DNA of 51,357 nucleotides. Origin: a virus. Taxonomy: Duplodnaviria; Caudoviricetes. The notes under the pieces are model-generated. The model did not search any database. It worked only from the letters and a program-made list of their open reading frames with translations, and was not told the DNA's origin. The translations under genes and the position numbers were made by a program. The stretch covers positions 1 to 51,357 of the IMG/VR virus record IMGVR_UViG_3300020045_008814; one strand, 5' to 3'. Positions 19,127-28,754 of the stretch are shown here, piece after piece. Position 1 is the first letter of the stretch. Each line of letters opens with the position of its first letter.

Positions 19127-19824
19127 ATGAGCTTATATATGAAATAATTGACCTATATAGGGCTTCAATAAAAGTAACTGATCCTTTAGATGAAAGAAGT
19201 GTGATTACTTGGATACAACACACAAGGGCTAAGTTATTGAAACAAAGATTTGATGAACCATTTGTTCCAATTGATGAACATAATATACAGAGTTTAGATG
19301 CTGTTGAGCTAGCGCTTTCTGATTCAGCAAAAGATGGTTATTTTATGGATTTTCCAAAGTCTAATCATAAAATATTGAGAACAGTAAATCCATTGCCATC
19401 AACAATCAACAGGAGAAATAATATTGGTACATTTACAAGAATAGGCTTTATTGATATGTATCAACCAGTAATCAATATGGTCACAAGAGAGAGGGCTTTA
19501 GTTAGTGGTAATGGCAAGTTTAATCAAGATACAGTTTATGCATTCCTTGATGGGAAGAGAATGTATTTTGTGTGCAAGAATCATCTATGCAATAATGTAC
19601 AATACGTAAATATAAAAGGAGTATTTGCTAATCCAATTGAAGCATATGAGTTTGTAAATGGAGTAGGGTCATATAACTGGGATAATGAGTATCCTATATC
19701 TGAAAGTATAGTTACTGATATGAAAGCTATGATATTGAAAGATAACTTTAGTTTTGTCTTAACTCAATTACAAGACGAAAGTAATAATGCATCAAATGAT
19801 ATGGTTAATTTAAGAGTTAAATAA
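19108..19824 (+). CDS. Tail ring/tubular-associated protein
   Basis: I..WI...RA.LLKQ and V.I.GVF.NP...YPI motifs; conserved position before the IHF-like and tail tubular genes. Confidence 0.6.
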   Translation: MATRSLNELIYEIIDLYRASIKVTDPLDERSVITWIQHTRAKLLKQRFDEPFVPIDEHNIQSLDAVELALSDSAKDGYFMDFPKSNHKILRTVNPLPSTINRRNNIGTFTRIGFIDMYQPVINMVTRERALVSGNGKFNQDTVYAFLDGKRMYFVCKNHLCNNVQYVNIKGVFANPIEAYEFVNGVGSYNWDNEYPISESIVTDMKAMILKDNFSFVLTQLQDESNNASNDMVNLRVK

Positions 19825-19825
19825 T

Positions 19826-20392
19826 ATGTGGAAAAGAGGAAGCAGGAAATTAATACAAAATCATAATACTAAGGATATATATAAACACTATTCTAGTAAA
19901 TGCAAGAAGAGTGGTAAAATACCAATACCATACAATAAATATTGGGAAGTATTTAATGAGTTTATGGATTTGAGAATGCAGTTAGTAATATTTGATAATC
20001 TTGAGTTTTATTTACCAGCAAGGATGGGTTCTATAAGAGTTGAACACATATGTAGCGTAATAAGTGTAAATAAAAACAATGAAGTAATAATGAGAAAGAA
20101 TTATGGAGCTACAAATAAATTATGGAAGCAAATGTATCCTGGTAAAACAAATGAAGAAATATTAAATATACCAGATAGGCCATATGTTTACTACACTAAT
20201 CCAGAGTCAGATTCAAAGCTATTTAAAATAATGTGGGATAAAATAACTTGTAACTTTGTCAACAATAGTGTATATAGTTTCTTGCCAATAAGAAAATGGA
20301 ATAGATTATTAAAGAGGCATATAGTTGAGAATGGTTACACAGCTTATCCTAAGTCAAATAAATTAATTTTAAAGAAACATAATTATGTTTAA
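19826..20392 (+). CDS. IHF/HU-like protein of crAss tail modules
   Basis: Basic; D.YK.Y...Y..V..EF......I.....F.LP.RMGSIRV pattern; synteny. Confidence 0.65.
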   Translation: MWKRGSRKLIQNHNTKDIYKHYSSKCKKSGKIPIPYNKYWEVFNEFMDLRMQLVIFDNLEFYLPARMGSIRVEHICSVISVNKNNEVIMRKNYGATNKLWKQMYPGKTNEEILNIPDRPYVYYTNPESDSKLFKIMWDKITCNFVNNSVYSFLPIRKWNRLLKRHIVENGYTAYPKSNKLILKKHNYV

Positions 20393-21215
20393 TAATAGTT
20401 ACACAACAACAACAAGACTCATTGAAGATATAATGCGTGAATATCCATTCACAGCTATGCATCTTGATGAAGTCAATGAATGGGTATACAAGGCCTTAGA
20501 TATACTTGGTAGACAAGAAGTATTGGTTGAGTCAGTTGCAGAGGTTAAAATAAGTGATTTTAAAGGTTATTTGCCTGTGGATATGTATAGGTTTATTGGT
20601 TGTAGAAATAGGGAAAATAAGATTCCTTTACTTCCATCAAGTGATAGATATTTTGAAAAGAATATTGAAGATTCTGGTAATTCTATAATAAATGCAATTG
20701 TTCAAAGCATATCAGTTAATATTGAATCAACAAGACTTGGTGAGAATGTTATAAATGAGATTAAAGAATCAACAGCAATGCTTGAGTTGCAATCAAATAC
20801 TGACTTCTCAAATAAAGGTATTTATTATTACAGGTTAAATGAAGGATACATATTTACTGGGATAAATAATATAACACTTGAAATTGCTTATTATGCATTT
20901 CCAACATGGGAAGATAATACCCCAAAGGTTCCTGATGATGAAAAAGTTATAAGATATTTAATAACTTATGTTGCTGAGAAGATTATGCAAAGATTATATT
21001 ACATTGATCCAACACCAGCAAAATCAGCAATATTGAATGATATAAGAGATCAACATGTATTCAATACTGGATCTGCGCAGAATAGGTTAAAAATGCCTGA
21101 TATTGACACAATGGAGGCAATTAAGAATCAACAAATGAGGATAAGAAAAAAACCTAATGAGTGGAGTAATGGGTTTAAAGGGAATAGCATTCCTGAAAGA
21201 ATAAGAAATATGTAA
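20385..21215 (+). CDS. Tail tubular protein (P22 gp4-like ring)
   Basis: EW...AL, I.DFKG.LP.D, YY...GYIFT and I.YYAFP......PKVPD motifs; precedes the muzzle gene. Confidence 0.7.
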   Translation: MFNNSYTTTTRLIEDIMREYPFTAMHLDEVNEWVYKALDILGRQEVLVESVAEVKISDFKGYLPVDMYRFIGCRNRENKIPLLPSSDRYFEKNIEDSGNSIINAIVQSISVNIESTRLGENVINEIKESTAMLELQSNTDFSNKGIYYYRLNEGYIFTGINNITLEIAYYAFPTWEDNTPKVPDDEKVIRYLITYVAEKIMQRLYYIDPTPAKSAILNDIRDQHVFNTGSAQNRLKMPDIDTMEAIKNQQMRIRKKPNEWSNGFKGNSIPERIRNM

Positions 21216-21225
21216 TAATCTAACT

Positions 21226-24200
21226 ATGAAACATGTAAATAATTTTAGTGGTGGTATAGATAGTGATTCAAGCCCATTAGCTCAAAAGAATACTAATTAC
21301 ATAAATGCAGAGAACTTGAGGTTTATAGTTGATGAAACAGAGTCAACTGGTAAATTAAGTTCTGGTAAAGGATTACAGTATTCAATTAAAGCAGTTGGAA
21401 GTGATTTTAATTCTTATAAGATTGTTAGAGGTGTTATTGTTGGAGATTATTTAACATTGTTTGTACAGCAAATAAGTTCAACAAATGGTTATATATTTAA
21501 GATACCAGCATCATCATTAACAAATTCTTTTGATGTATTAAAAGAGCCATATTTCAGTAATTATAAGCTTGCTCAAACAGCATTTAATTTTCAGGATGAT
21601 TTATCTGTAGTTGCAAAGATTGAAACTGAGAGTATAGGTAATGTTTATTTCACTGACTCAGTAAACCCATTAAGGAGTATTAATATATACTCAAGTCCAT
21701 CAATATATAATGGGAAACAAGCAAGCTATTTTAACTTAATAAGAAATACTGTATTAACTGATTTTAGGAGCCCATTATATATATCTGGAGTATTAAAGTC
21801 AGGGGCATATGCTTACTCTTATGCATTATATACTAAAGGTAGAGGACAAACAACATTCTCATCATATTACTACACAATACCTATATTTACGCACAATTAT
21901 ACTACTACAAATTTTAGTAATGAGTTAATTGCTGGTAAGTCTGGAGAGGTAACAAATAAAGGTATTAAATTTAGCGTAGATATAACTAATCAACAACTAC
22001 AAGATTTTGATTCAATAATAGTTGTTGCTGTTTATTATACAGATAATGTGAATGTTCCGGAAGTAAGGGCTATATATGATGGAGCAATAGCTGTAACTGG
22101 TAATGTAATGACATTTCAAGATAATGGTGGGACATCATTATATACAATAACATACGAAGAGTTAACCAAAGAATTTATAAGTTTATCACCATCACTACTT
22201 GAAACAAAGAATGGATACCTATTCCTTGGTAAAATAAAAGAAGAGTTATTTGACTATGATGGTGATTGGAATCCTAGAGCAGTAAGGTTCATTCAGAATT
22301 CATCAAGCAATTATACAAATATAAATGAATACAATAATCCATTCAATAATCTTGATAATGATGACAATGTATTGTATAGTTATAAATGTAAACCAAACTC
22401 AACAACACTTGGAGGGTGGGGTAATAATATAGAATACGAGTTCCCTTTTGACAACTTATTATTTAGTAGATACCCAAATAATGCATATTTAAAAAATCCA
22501 AACCTTGTGACTGGGTATAATCAAAATTGTTATCTTGATCCATATAGTGATGCTTCTTCAAGTACGCCATCATCTTACTCAAAGATTGGGTTCCAAAGAG
22601 ATGAGATATATAGATTTGGAATAGTATTTTACAAGTCAAATGGACAGAGAAGTTTTGTCAAATGGATTGATGATGTAAGATTTCCAAATTGGCAAGATAG
22701 AGCAATTGTTAATGATTATGATAAAGTTAATAATAGAGTAAATTGCAGCGTATTAAATATAATTTTTACACTTAAAGACACCAGTATTCTTATTGCTGAT
22801 GGCATAACTCATTATCAAATAGTGCGAGCTGAAAGAGATTTAGATAACTCTACAGTACTTGACTGTGGGTATATATCTCATTTAATGCTTAATGCTGATG
22901 GTGATTTACAGTTTGGGAACCCTTCAACAGCTATTTCTAATACTTCACAAAGACTTATACAATGCCCGTTAATATTCTGGAATCAAGATACTGATATACC
23001 AGTAGATTCAGCAGCAATGGGGCCAGCAAATATTGTTGATTATATCTGCGGAGAAACTGTATTCAATGGTAATAATACTGGTAATATAGGAAGTAGGTTG
23101 GACATGACACTTGCTGTAAAAGAAAAGTTTCCTGTCAATAACTTTGGAGGAGATTTAAATAATGAATTTACTATGTTCTCTAAATTATACCCAAATCCAA
23201 TTAATCAAGACTATAGGGTTAAGTTAAAAATAAACAACTTGTTTAAATTCAACTACAATAGTGATTTAAATGGGAAACAAACAGCTCCATTTTCTCAAGG
23301 ATCCTGGAATGGCAGGATTAAGAATAATACATTTACTGGGAATAATGGTTTAAAAGGAACAACAATAATACTTAAACTAGATAGTTCGGTATACTCATCT
23401 ACTACAGACAGGTATCCATTGTATTCAGCAAGAAGAGCCTCTAGGGAAATATATGGTGGATTTAATTTAAATGCAATAAATAACACTAATTATGTTGCAT
23501 GTTCAAATGTTACACCAATAGCTCAGACTGAAGTTTTATGCTGGGGAGATACATTCATATCACCATTTGAATATAATCACACTATATTTCCTAATAATGG
23601 ATTGGATGGAGATTCTAGCTCACATATAATACAAGGTATAGTTGAGAGTAGGATTAATTTCTGGTTTACAGGCAACCCAAGATTCTCAACATATTGGGAT
23701 GGGCTTGTTAAAAATTCATCTCAATGGGTATCATTAACATACATTGCTATGCATGAGAAAGCTGGGTCTTACAAGTTTGCAAATGATAATGACTGGGTCC
23801 AAACTTATGATATGTATCAATTTAATCCAGTATATTCAGCAAATCTTGTTAGAAAGTATTTTAATGTAAAAAACCCATTATTAAACAATGAAACAGTATT
23901 TAATACAAGGGTGTATAAATCTGAAAAGAAAATTAATGGTGAATTAATTGACTCGTGGAGTAAAGTGTATGCTAATAACTTTATTGATGTTGATAGCTCT
24001 TATGGTGAATTATCAAGATTGAAGAATTTCAACAATACACTATATTATTTTCAACCTAGAGCTATTGGTGTATTGCCAGTTGAAGATAGAGAGGTTGTTC
24101 AAAGTAATAATACATCATCATTAGTAGTAGGTACTGGAGGAGTATTAAGTAGGTATGACTATATAACAACATCATCTGGCACTAGCAATGGTAGAAGTGT

Positions 24201-24990
24201 CTGTGGCTCAAGAGACTATATGTATTACATAGATGATGTAAATACTAAAGTTTGCAGAACAAATGGTGGAAATATTGAATTTATATCTGATTCTGGATGT
24301 ATTTCATATATAAATAACTTGTCAATAGATAAAGATAAATTAGCCTCTGTATACAATCCAAAAATAAATGAGGTTTGGTTTTATTTTGGTGAGAAAACTA
24401 TTATATATAATGAGTATACCAAGTCTTTTATAGGCTCACTACCATATGTTGCATTCATAGACTCTTTACATTATAATGGCAATACATATATAATATCATC
24501 AGGAGAAGGATCTGATGCTGCTCCTAGTAAATTATGTTCAAGTATTTATGCTGTTGATAAAGGAAAATATGGAGCATATACAACTCTTGGGTCTGATACA
24601 ATACAGGCATTAAACTCAAACATAGAATGGACGGCTCCTTTACTTGAATATATGGTTAGCCCAGGTGGAACTAATAGTAATAGATTTGATGTTATTGATT
24701 TATACACAGTTCTTAATGATGGTGATAACCTTGCAAATAAAGATATTGCTAAGACATTTGATACAGCATTTATATCCAATAGTTATCAAAGCAAACAATT
24801 AGATCTTACAACAGATGCTGTTAGAAGGTTTAGATTTTGGAGAATAAATACACTTAGGGATTCTTATGATAAAAGGATGTTTGATAAGTATATGAAAGTT
24901 GCTCTATCTTGCTCTAATTCTGATATGCAGTATGATAAGTTTACTATAAATGATATCACAACTGAGTTCACTCAGATGAGTTATAGATAA
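21226..24990 (+). CDS. Tail stabilization/muzzle protein (P22 gp10-like)
   Basis: 1254 aa; N.FSGG.DSD...Y..A.NLR start, GFQRDEIYRFGIVF, GDTFI, S..KINGE..DSW, VD..YG and RRFR.WR motifs. Confidence 0.85.
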   Translation: MKHVNNFSGGIDSDSSPLAQKNTNYINAENLRFIVDETESTGKLSSGKGLQYSIKAVGSDFNSYKIVRGVIVGDYLTLFVQQISSTNGYIFKIPASSLTNSFDVLKEPYFSNYKLAQTAFNFQDDLSVVAKIETESIGNVYFTDSVNPLRSINIYSSPSIYNGKQASYFNLIRNTVLTDFRSPLYISGVLKSGAYAYSYALYTKGRGQTTFSSYYYTIPIFTHNYTTTNFSNELIAGKSGEVTNKGIKFSVDITNQQLQDFDSIIVVAVYYTDNVNVPEVRAIYDGAIAVTGNVMTFQDNGGTSLYTITYEELTKEFISLSPSLLETKNGYLFLGKIKEELFDYDGDWNPRAVRFIQNSSSNYTNINEYNNPFNNLDNDDNVLYSYKCKPNSTTLGGWGNNIEYEFPFDNLLFSRYPNNAYLKNPNLVTGYNQNCYLDPYSDASSSTPSSYSKIGFQRDEIYRFGIVFYKSNGQRSFVKWIDDVRFPNWQDRAIVNDYDKVNNRVNCSVLNIIFTLKDTSILIADGITHYQIVRAERDLDNSTVLDCGYISHLMLNADGDLQFGNPSTAISNTSQRLIQCPLIFWNQDTDIPVDSAAMGPANIVDYICGETVFNGNNTGNIGSRLDMTLAVKEKFPVNNFGGDLNNEFTMFSKLYPNPINQDYRVKLKINNLFKFNYNSDLNGKQTAPFSQGSWNGRIKNNTFTGNNGLKGTTIILKLDSSVYSSTTDRYPLYSARRASREIYGGFNLNAINNTNYVACSNVTPIAQTEVLCWGDTFISPFEYNHTIFPNNGLDGDSSSHIIQGIVESRINFWFTGNPRFSTYWDGLVKNSSQWVSLTYIAMHEKAGSYKFANDNDWVQTYDMYQFNPVYSANLVRKYFNVKNPLLNNETVFNTRVYKSEKKINGELIDSWSKVYANNFIDVDSSYGELSRLKNFNNTLYYFQPRAIGVLPVEDREVVQSNNTSSLVVGTGGVLSRYDYITTSSGTSNGRSVCGSRDYMYYIDDVNTKVCRTNGGNIEFISDSGCISYINNLSIDKDKLASVYNPKINEVWFYFGEKTIIYNEYTKSFIGSLPYVAFIDSLHYNGNTYIISSGEGSDAAPSKLCSSIYAVDKGKYGAYTTLGSDTIQALNSNIEWTAPLLEYMVSPGGTNSNRFDVIDLYTVLNDGDNLANKDIAKTFDTAFISNSYQSKQLDLTTDAVRRFRFWRINTLRDSYDKRMFDKYMKVALSCSNSDMQYDKFTINDITTEFTQMSYR

Positions 24991-25044
24991 GCTATTGCAT
25001 ATTAAAAAATAATATTATATTTTCACACTCATAATTAAATAGTT

Positions 25045-26727
25045 ATGTCAAGACACAGTAAGAGAAAAAATAACAAAAACCAGTATCCAAACTATGATGA
25101 TTTGTTAGAATATGGTTTAGGTAGTTGGTTATCAAAGAATAAATGGGTTGCTGCTGTGCCAGGTATAGGCACTGCTGCTGTTGGGTTAAATGAATTAAAT
25201 AAGGTAACTGATAGAGGGCTTGAAAAAAATGCTGGCACAATAGGTGGTATTGCTGGTGGTGTAATAGGCTCAATAGTTGCCCCAGGAGTTGGTACTGGTA
25301 TTGGAGCATCACTTGGTAGCCAAATTGGTGGTACTGTTCAGAAAGACTACGAAATGGATAAGCAAAATGAGTATATAAATGAGCAAAATCAATTAACTCA
25401 ATCACAAATATCTGCAAATGAGTTATTAGGTAGAAATTATAGGAACAATAGCTTTAACCCAGTAATGAGGTGTGGTGGTAAAATGATGAGGCGTGGTGGG
25501 TTAATATTTGAGAATGGTGGCTCTATTGATTATAATGTAGGCCAATTACATGAAGGCCCAAATGGAGGTATCCCAATTGATATGAATGGTAATCCAAATA
25601 AAATGAATCCATCAGCTCTTGTTGAGAAAGGTGAAGTATCATACAAGAATGGTGATGGTACTTATATATTCTCAAATAGTCTCATGAAGGATAAAAATAA
25701 CTCATGGGCAGATAATGCTAAAAGTATTAAGTCTAAGTATAAAATGAGAATGAAGGATGGTAAGATAAATGATCCAATATCATTAAGAGCTTACAATAAA
25801 GAAATGGATGAATTAGTTAAAGGTCATGAACAACATAGGAATGCTTTAGGTATTAATAATAACACAAATGAGTTTGATGGTGGAGGTTATTTATTTAATA
25901 AATCAAATGACCAATTCAATAATTCAAATAAATTCTTACCTCAAGTTAATAGTTATCAAACTAGAGATTATGAAGGAATTGATCCAATAAATGAATTACA
26001 ATCATTAAACCCAAATATTGGTGGGATGAATAATAAATTAGCTACAGGCTCATCAATAAACTCAAGTAAAGTTATGGCTGGTATGAATACTGAGCCAACA
26101 CCATATTCTGGGTTAAGTATGCTTGAGGCTGGGTTACCAGTTGCAGCATCAGCATTATCTAATTTATATTTAGCTAATAGAGCTAAGAGGAATCAACCAA
26201 GATTATCATTAGGTAGATCAACACCTCAAACAATTGATTTAAGTGAGGAGAGGGGTTCTATTAGAGAGCAAGGTAATTTAGCAAGAGCTATGGCTCAAAG
26301 AGGATTATTAGCATCTGGTGCATCACAGGGGCAAGCTATGGCTAATACTGGGGCTATAAATGCTGGATTATCAAGAGATATTGGGCAGCAACTTAGTAGT
26401 AGCTATAAAACTGAAGCATTGACTAATCTTGATTCAAGAAAAGAAGCTGATAGAACTAATACTGAGATGGCTACTAGAGAAGCTTCATTTAATACTCAAG
26501 CTAAAATGCAAACTGAAGCTGATAGGAATAAATATATTGGGGCTGCATTATCATCACTTCCTATGGGATTGAGAGATTATGTTCAATCACAAAAAGATGC
26601 TGAGTTATTAAATATGATGTATCCTAATTATCAATTAACTTCAGATAGAAATCCTTATTGGGGTTTTGGTAGACAAGGTAAAAATAGAGTTAGATTTACA
26701 CCACGTAATCAAAAATTTAATGAATAA
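25045..26727 (+). CDS. Internal cargo/ejection protein 1
   Basis: Glycine-zipper segment, repeated xxGG motifs, G.LHE..NGGIP...ALVEKGEV...YIFSN motif; position after the muzzle gene. Confidence 0.65.
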   Translation: MSRHSKRKNNKNQYPNYDDLLEYGLGSWLSKNKWVAAVPGIGTAAVGLNELNKVTDRGLEKNAGTIGGIAGGVIGSIVAPGVGTGIGASLGSQIGGTVQKDYEMDKQNEYINEQNQLTQSQISANELLGRNYRNNSFNPVMRCGGKMMRRGGLIFENGGSIDYNVGQLHEGPNGGIPIDMNGNPNKMNPSALVEKGEVSYKNGDGTYIFSNSLMKDKNNSWADNAKSIKSKYKMRMKDGKINDPISLRAYNKEMDELVKGHEQHRNALGINNNTNEFDGGGYLFNKSNDQFNNSNKFLPQVNSYQTRDYEGIDPINELQSLNPNIGGMNNKLATGSSINSSKVMAGMNTEPTPYSGLSMLEAGLPVAASALSNLYLANRAKRNQPRLSLGRSTPQTIDLSEERGSIREQGNLARAMAQRGLLASGASQGQAMANTGAINAGLSRDIGQQLSSSYKTEALTNLDSRKEADRTNTEMATREASFNTQAKMQTEADRNKYIGAALSSLPMGLRDYVQSQKDAELLNMMYPNYQLTSDRNPYWGFGRQGKNRVRFTPRNQKFNE

Positions 26728-28753
26728 GAGAAGATTATTAAAATATGAGGATGGTGGAACTGTACCTTATGTAAGTTTATATGACCCAAGAGAAGTTGAG
26801 AAATATTCTCAAGCTCTTGGTAATATGCAACAAAGGTATGATACATCACAGTCAGCACTTGCTAACTATTTAAATGAGTATGCTAACGCTGATATACATA
26901 AGAATTACTTAACTGATGTTGATAAAATAGTTAGTGATAGACTTAGTAAAATAGATAAATCAGTATCTGATGATTATGGTGGTGATTATGGTATTGCTGC
27001 TAATGATATAGTTAAGCAATTAGCCCTAGCAAGGAAGCCTGTACAACAAGCAATGCAAGCAACTAAATCAAGAGAAGAAGCTTCTAAATTGTATCAACAG
27101 GGAGCTATGTCTGGCAATATAAACAGGGTTTATGATCCAATACAAAAGAAATTTATTACACCATCATTTGATGAAATAGCTGGTAGTGATAGAATATTCA
27201 CTGATGAAGGTAAATTTGTTGGTGCCCCAGATTATATGGGAAGATTTAGGGGTGCTGGTGACCATGATAAGTTTATTAAAGAAAACTTCTCAAATACACT
27301 TGATAATGTTATGAGATCAGTTAGGCCAGATATATATCAAAATAAAGTTGGCAACTTCTTAACTGAAGGGAAAATAAGATCTTATGATGATAAAGAAATT
27401 GATGCTTTATTATGGGATGATAAGTCTCGTGGTATAATGAGTGATGTAGGTAAATCATATTTGAATTCATTTGCTGGTGGTAGTAAATTTGCCACTGAGG
27501 AGTTTCAAAATGCAACACCAGAGCAAATGCTGGATTATATTGGTGACACAATTAAATCACAGACAGCTAAATCAAAAATGACAGACTTCCAATATTTAAG
27601 ACCAGGTAAAAATCAAGGTCAGCAAGAAGACACTGATTTAAGGGCACAAATATTTAGCCCAAAGACACAGACAAGATTTGAGGAGAATCCATATGTAACT
27701 GAAACTGGGTCTTATCAAAAAATATTAAATCCTGGGTATTTTGGTAGGAATCAGTTAATGAACTTGATAATACCAAAAGATGGGGTTAAAGATATTAATA
27801 AATCAATAAGTGATCTTGAATCATCAATTAAAGAATCTGGCCAAGCAATTGATCCTGTATCAAAAAGTCTTATTGATGATAATAAAAAATTACTCGAAAA
27901 GTTAAAAACAGTAAGAGATGATTTTAACTATGCAAGTGAATCAATAAAGAATTCAATGTCAGTAAAAGAATTTGGCGTTGAATTTAATAAGGCAAGTGAA
28001 GATCAGAAAAAAATAATTAAATCAAAAATGCCAAAAGATGACATGGAGCTTGCTAAATTGATTGATGCTGACAATACATTACTAACACAGTCATCTTCAA
28101 ATAGTGCAACAATATTACATCCAACTACTCAGAAAAAGATTAAGGAAGTTTTATTAAATAATATTGAGAATGCAAACTTTAGTGGTTCAAGAAAAAGTGC
28201 TTCATCATACTTTAATGATGTAATGGAAGATCTAGATGTTGATGACCCACAATATGTAAGGGATTATATTTCTAAAAATAATGTAATACCTTCATACAAT
28301 TCAAGCAGAGGTGAATATTATATAGATGTTCCAACAAGTTTTGGTTCAAAAGGAGTTCCAGACAAATCAGACCCAAAATATAAAAGATTATATTTCACAA
28401 TAGGTTCTGAGAATGAAGGGTCAAGAAATGTATTAAAATCAATGACATCAGCAATATCTTCAAAATCAAAAGACTTTGTTGTTGCTACAGATGGATTCAA
28501 ATATAACTTTAGGTATAATCCTAAGAAATCAACATTTGGAAGTGATAAAACTGAGAAAAAGGTTGAGCTTTTTGATTTAAATAACAATCCAGTATTTGAT
28601 GAGTCTGGAAATGTATTAACAATATCTCTTCAAGAACTTCAAGATATGATGGAAAGTTATCAAACAATTCATCTTGCTGAAAAGTTAACAAAACCATTTA
28701 TGACATTATCAGATCAGAAAAAAGACCCAACATTTACTGAATACGAAGAATAA
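26720..28753 (+). CDS. Internal cargo/ejection protein 2 (likely start is the ATG at 26720, not the TTG at 26666)
   Basis: Starts MNKRRLLKYEDGG; ..QQRYD.. helical N-terminus; lies between cargo 1 and the virion RNAP. Confidence 0.6.
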   Translation: MNKRRLLKYEDGGTVPYVSLYDPREVEKYSQALGNMQQRYDTSQSALANYLNEYANADIHKNYLTDVDKIVSDRLSKIDKSVSDDYGGDYGIAANDIVKQLALARKPVQQAMQATKSREEASKLYQQGAMSGNINRVYDPIQKKFITPSFDEIAGSDRIFTDEGKFVGAPDYMGRFRGAGDHDKFIKENFSNTLDNVMRSVRPDIYQNKVGNFLTEGKIRSYDDKEIDALLWDDKSRGIMSDVGKSYLNSFAGGSKFATEEFQNATPEQMLDYIGDTIKSQTAKSKMTDFQYLRPGKNQGQQEDTDLRAQIFSPKTQTRFEENPYVTETGSYQKILNPGYFGRNQLMNLIIPKDGVKDINKSISDLESSIKESGQAIDPVSKSLIDDNKKLLEKLKTVRDDFNYASESIKNSMSVKEFGVEFNKASEDQKKIIKSKMPKDDMELAKLIDADNTLLTQSSSNSATILHPTTQKKIKEVLLNNIENANFSGSRKSASSYFNDVMEDLDVDDPQYVRDYISKNNVIPSYNSSRGEYYIDVPTSFGSKGVPDKSDPKYKRLYFTIGSENEGSRNVLKSMTSAISSKSKDFVVATDGFKYNFRYNPKKSTFGSDKTEKKVELFDLNNNPVFDESGNVLTISLQELQDMMESYQTIHLAEKLTKPFMTLSDQKKDPTFTEYEE

Positions 28754-28754
28754 C

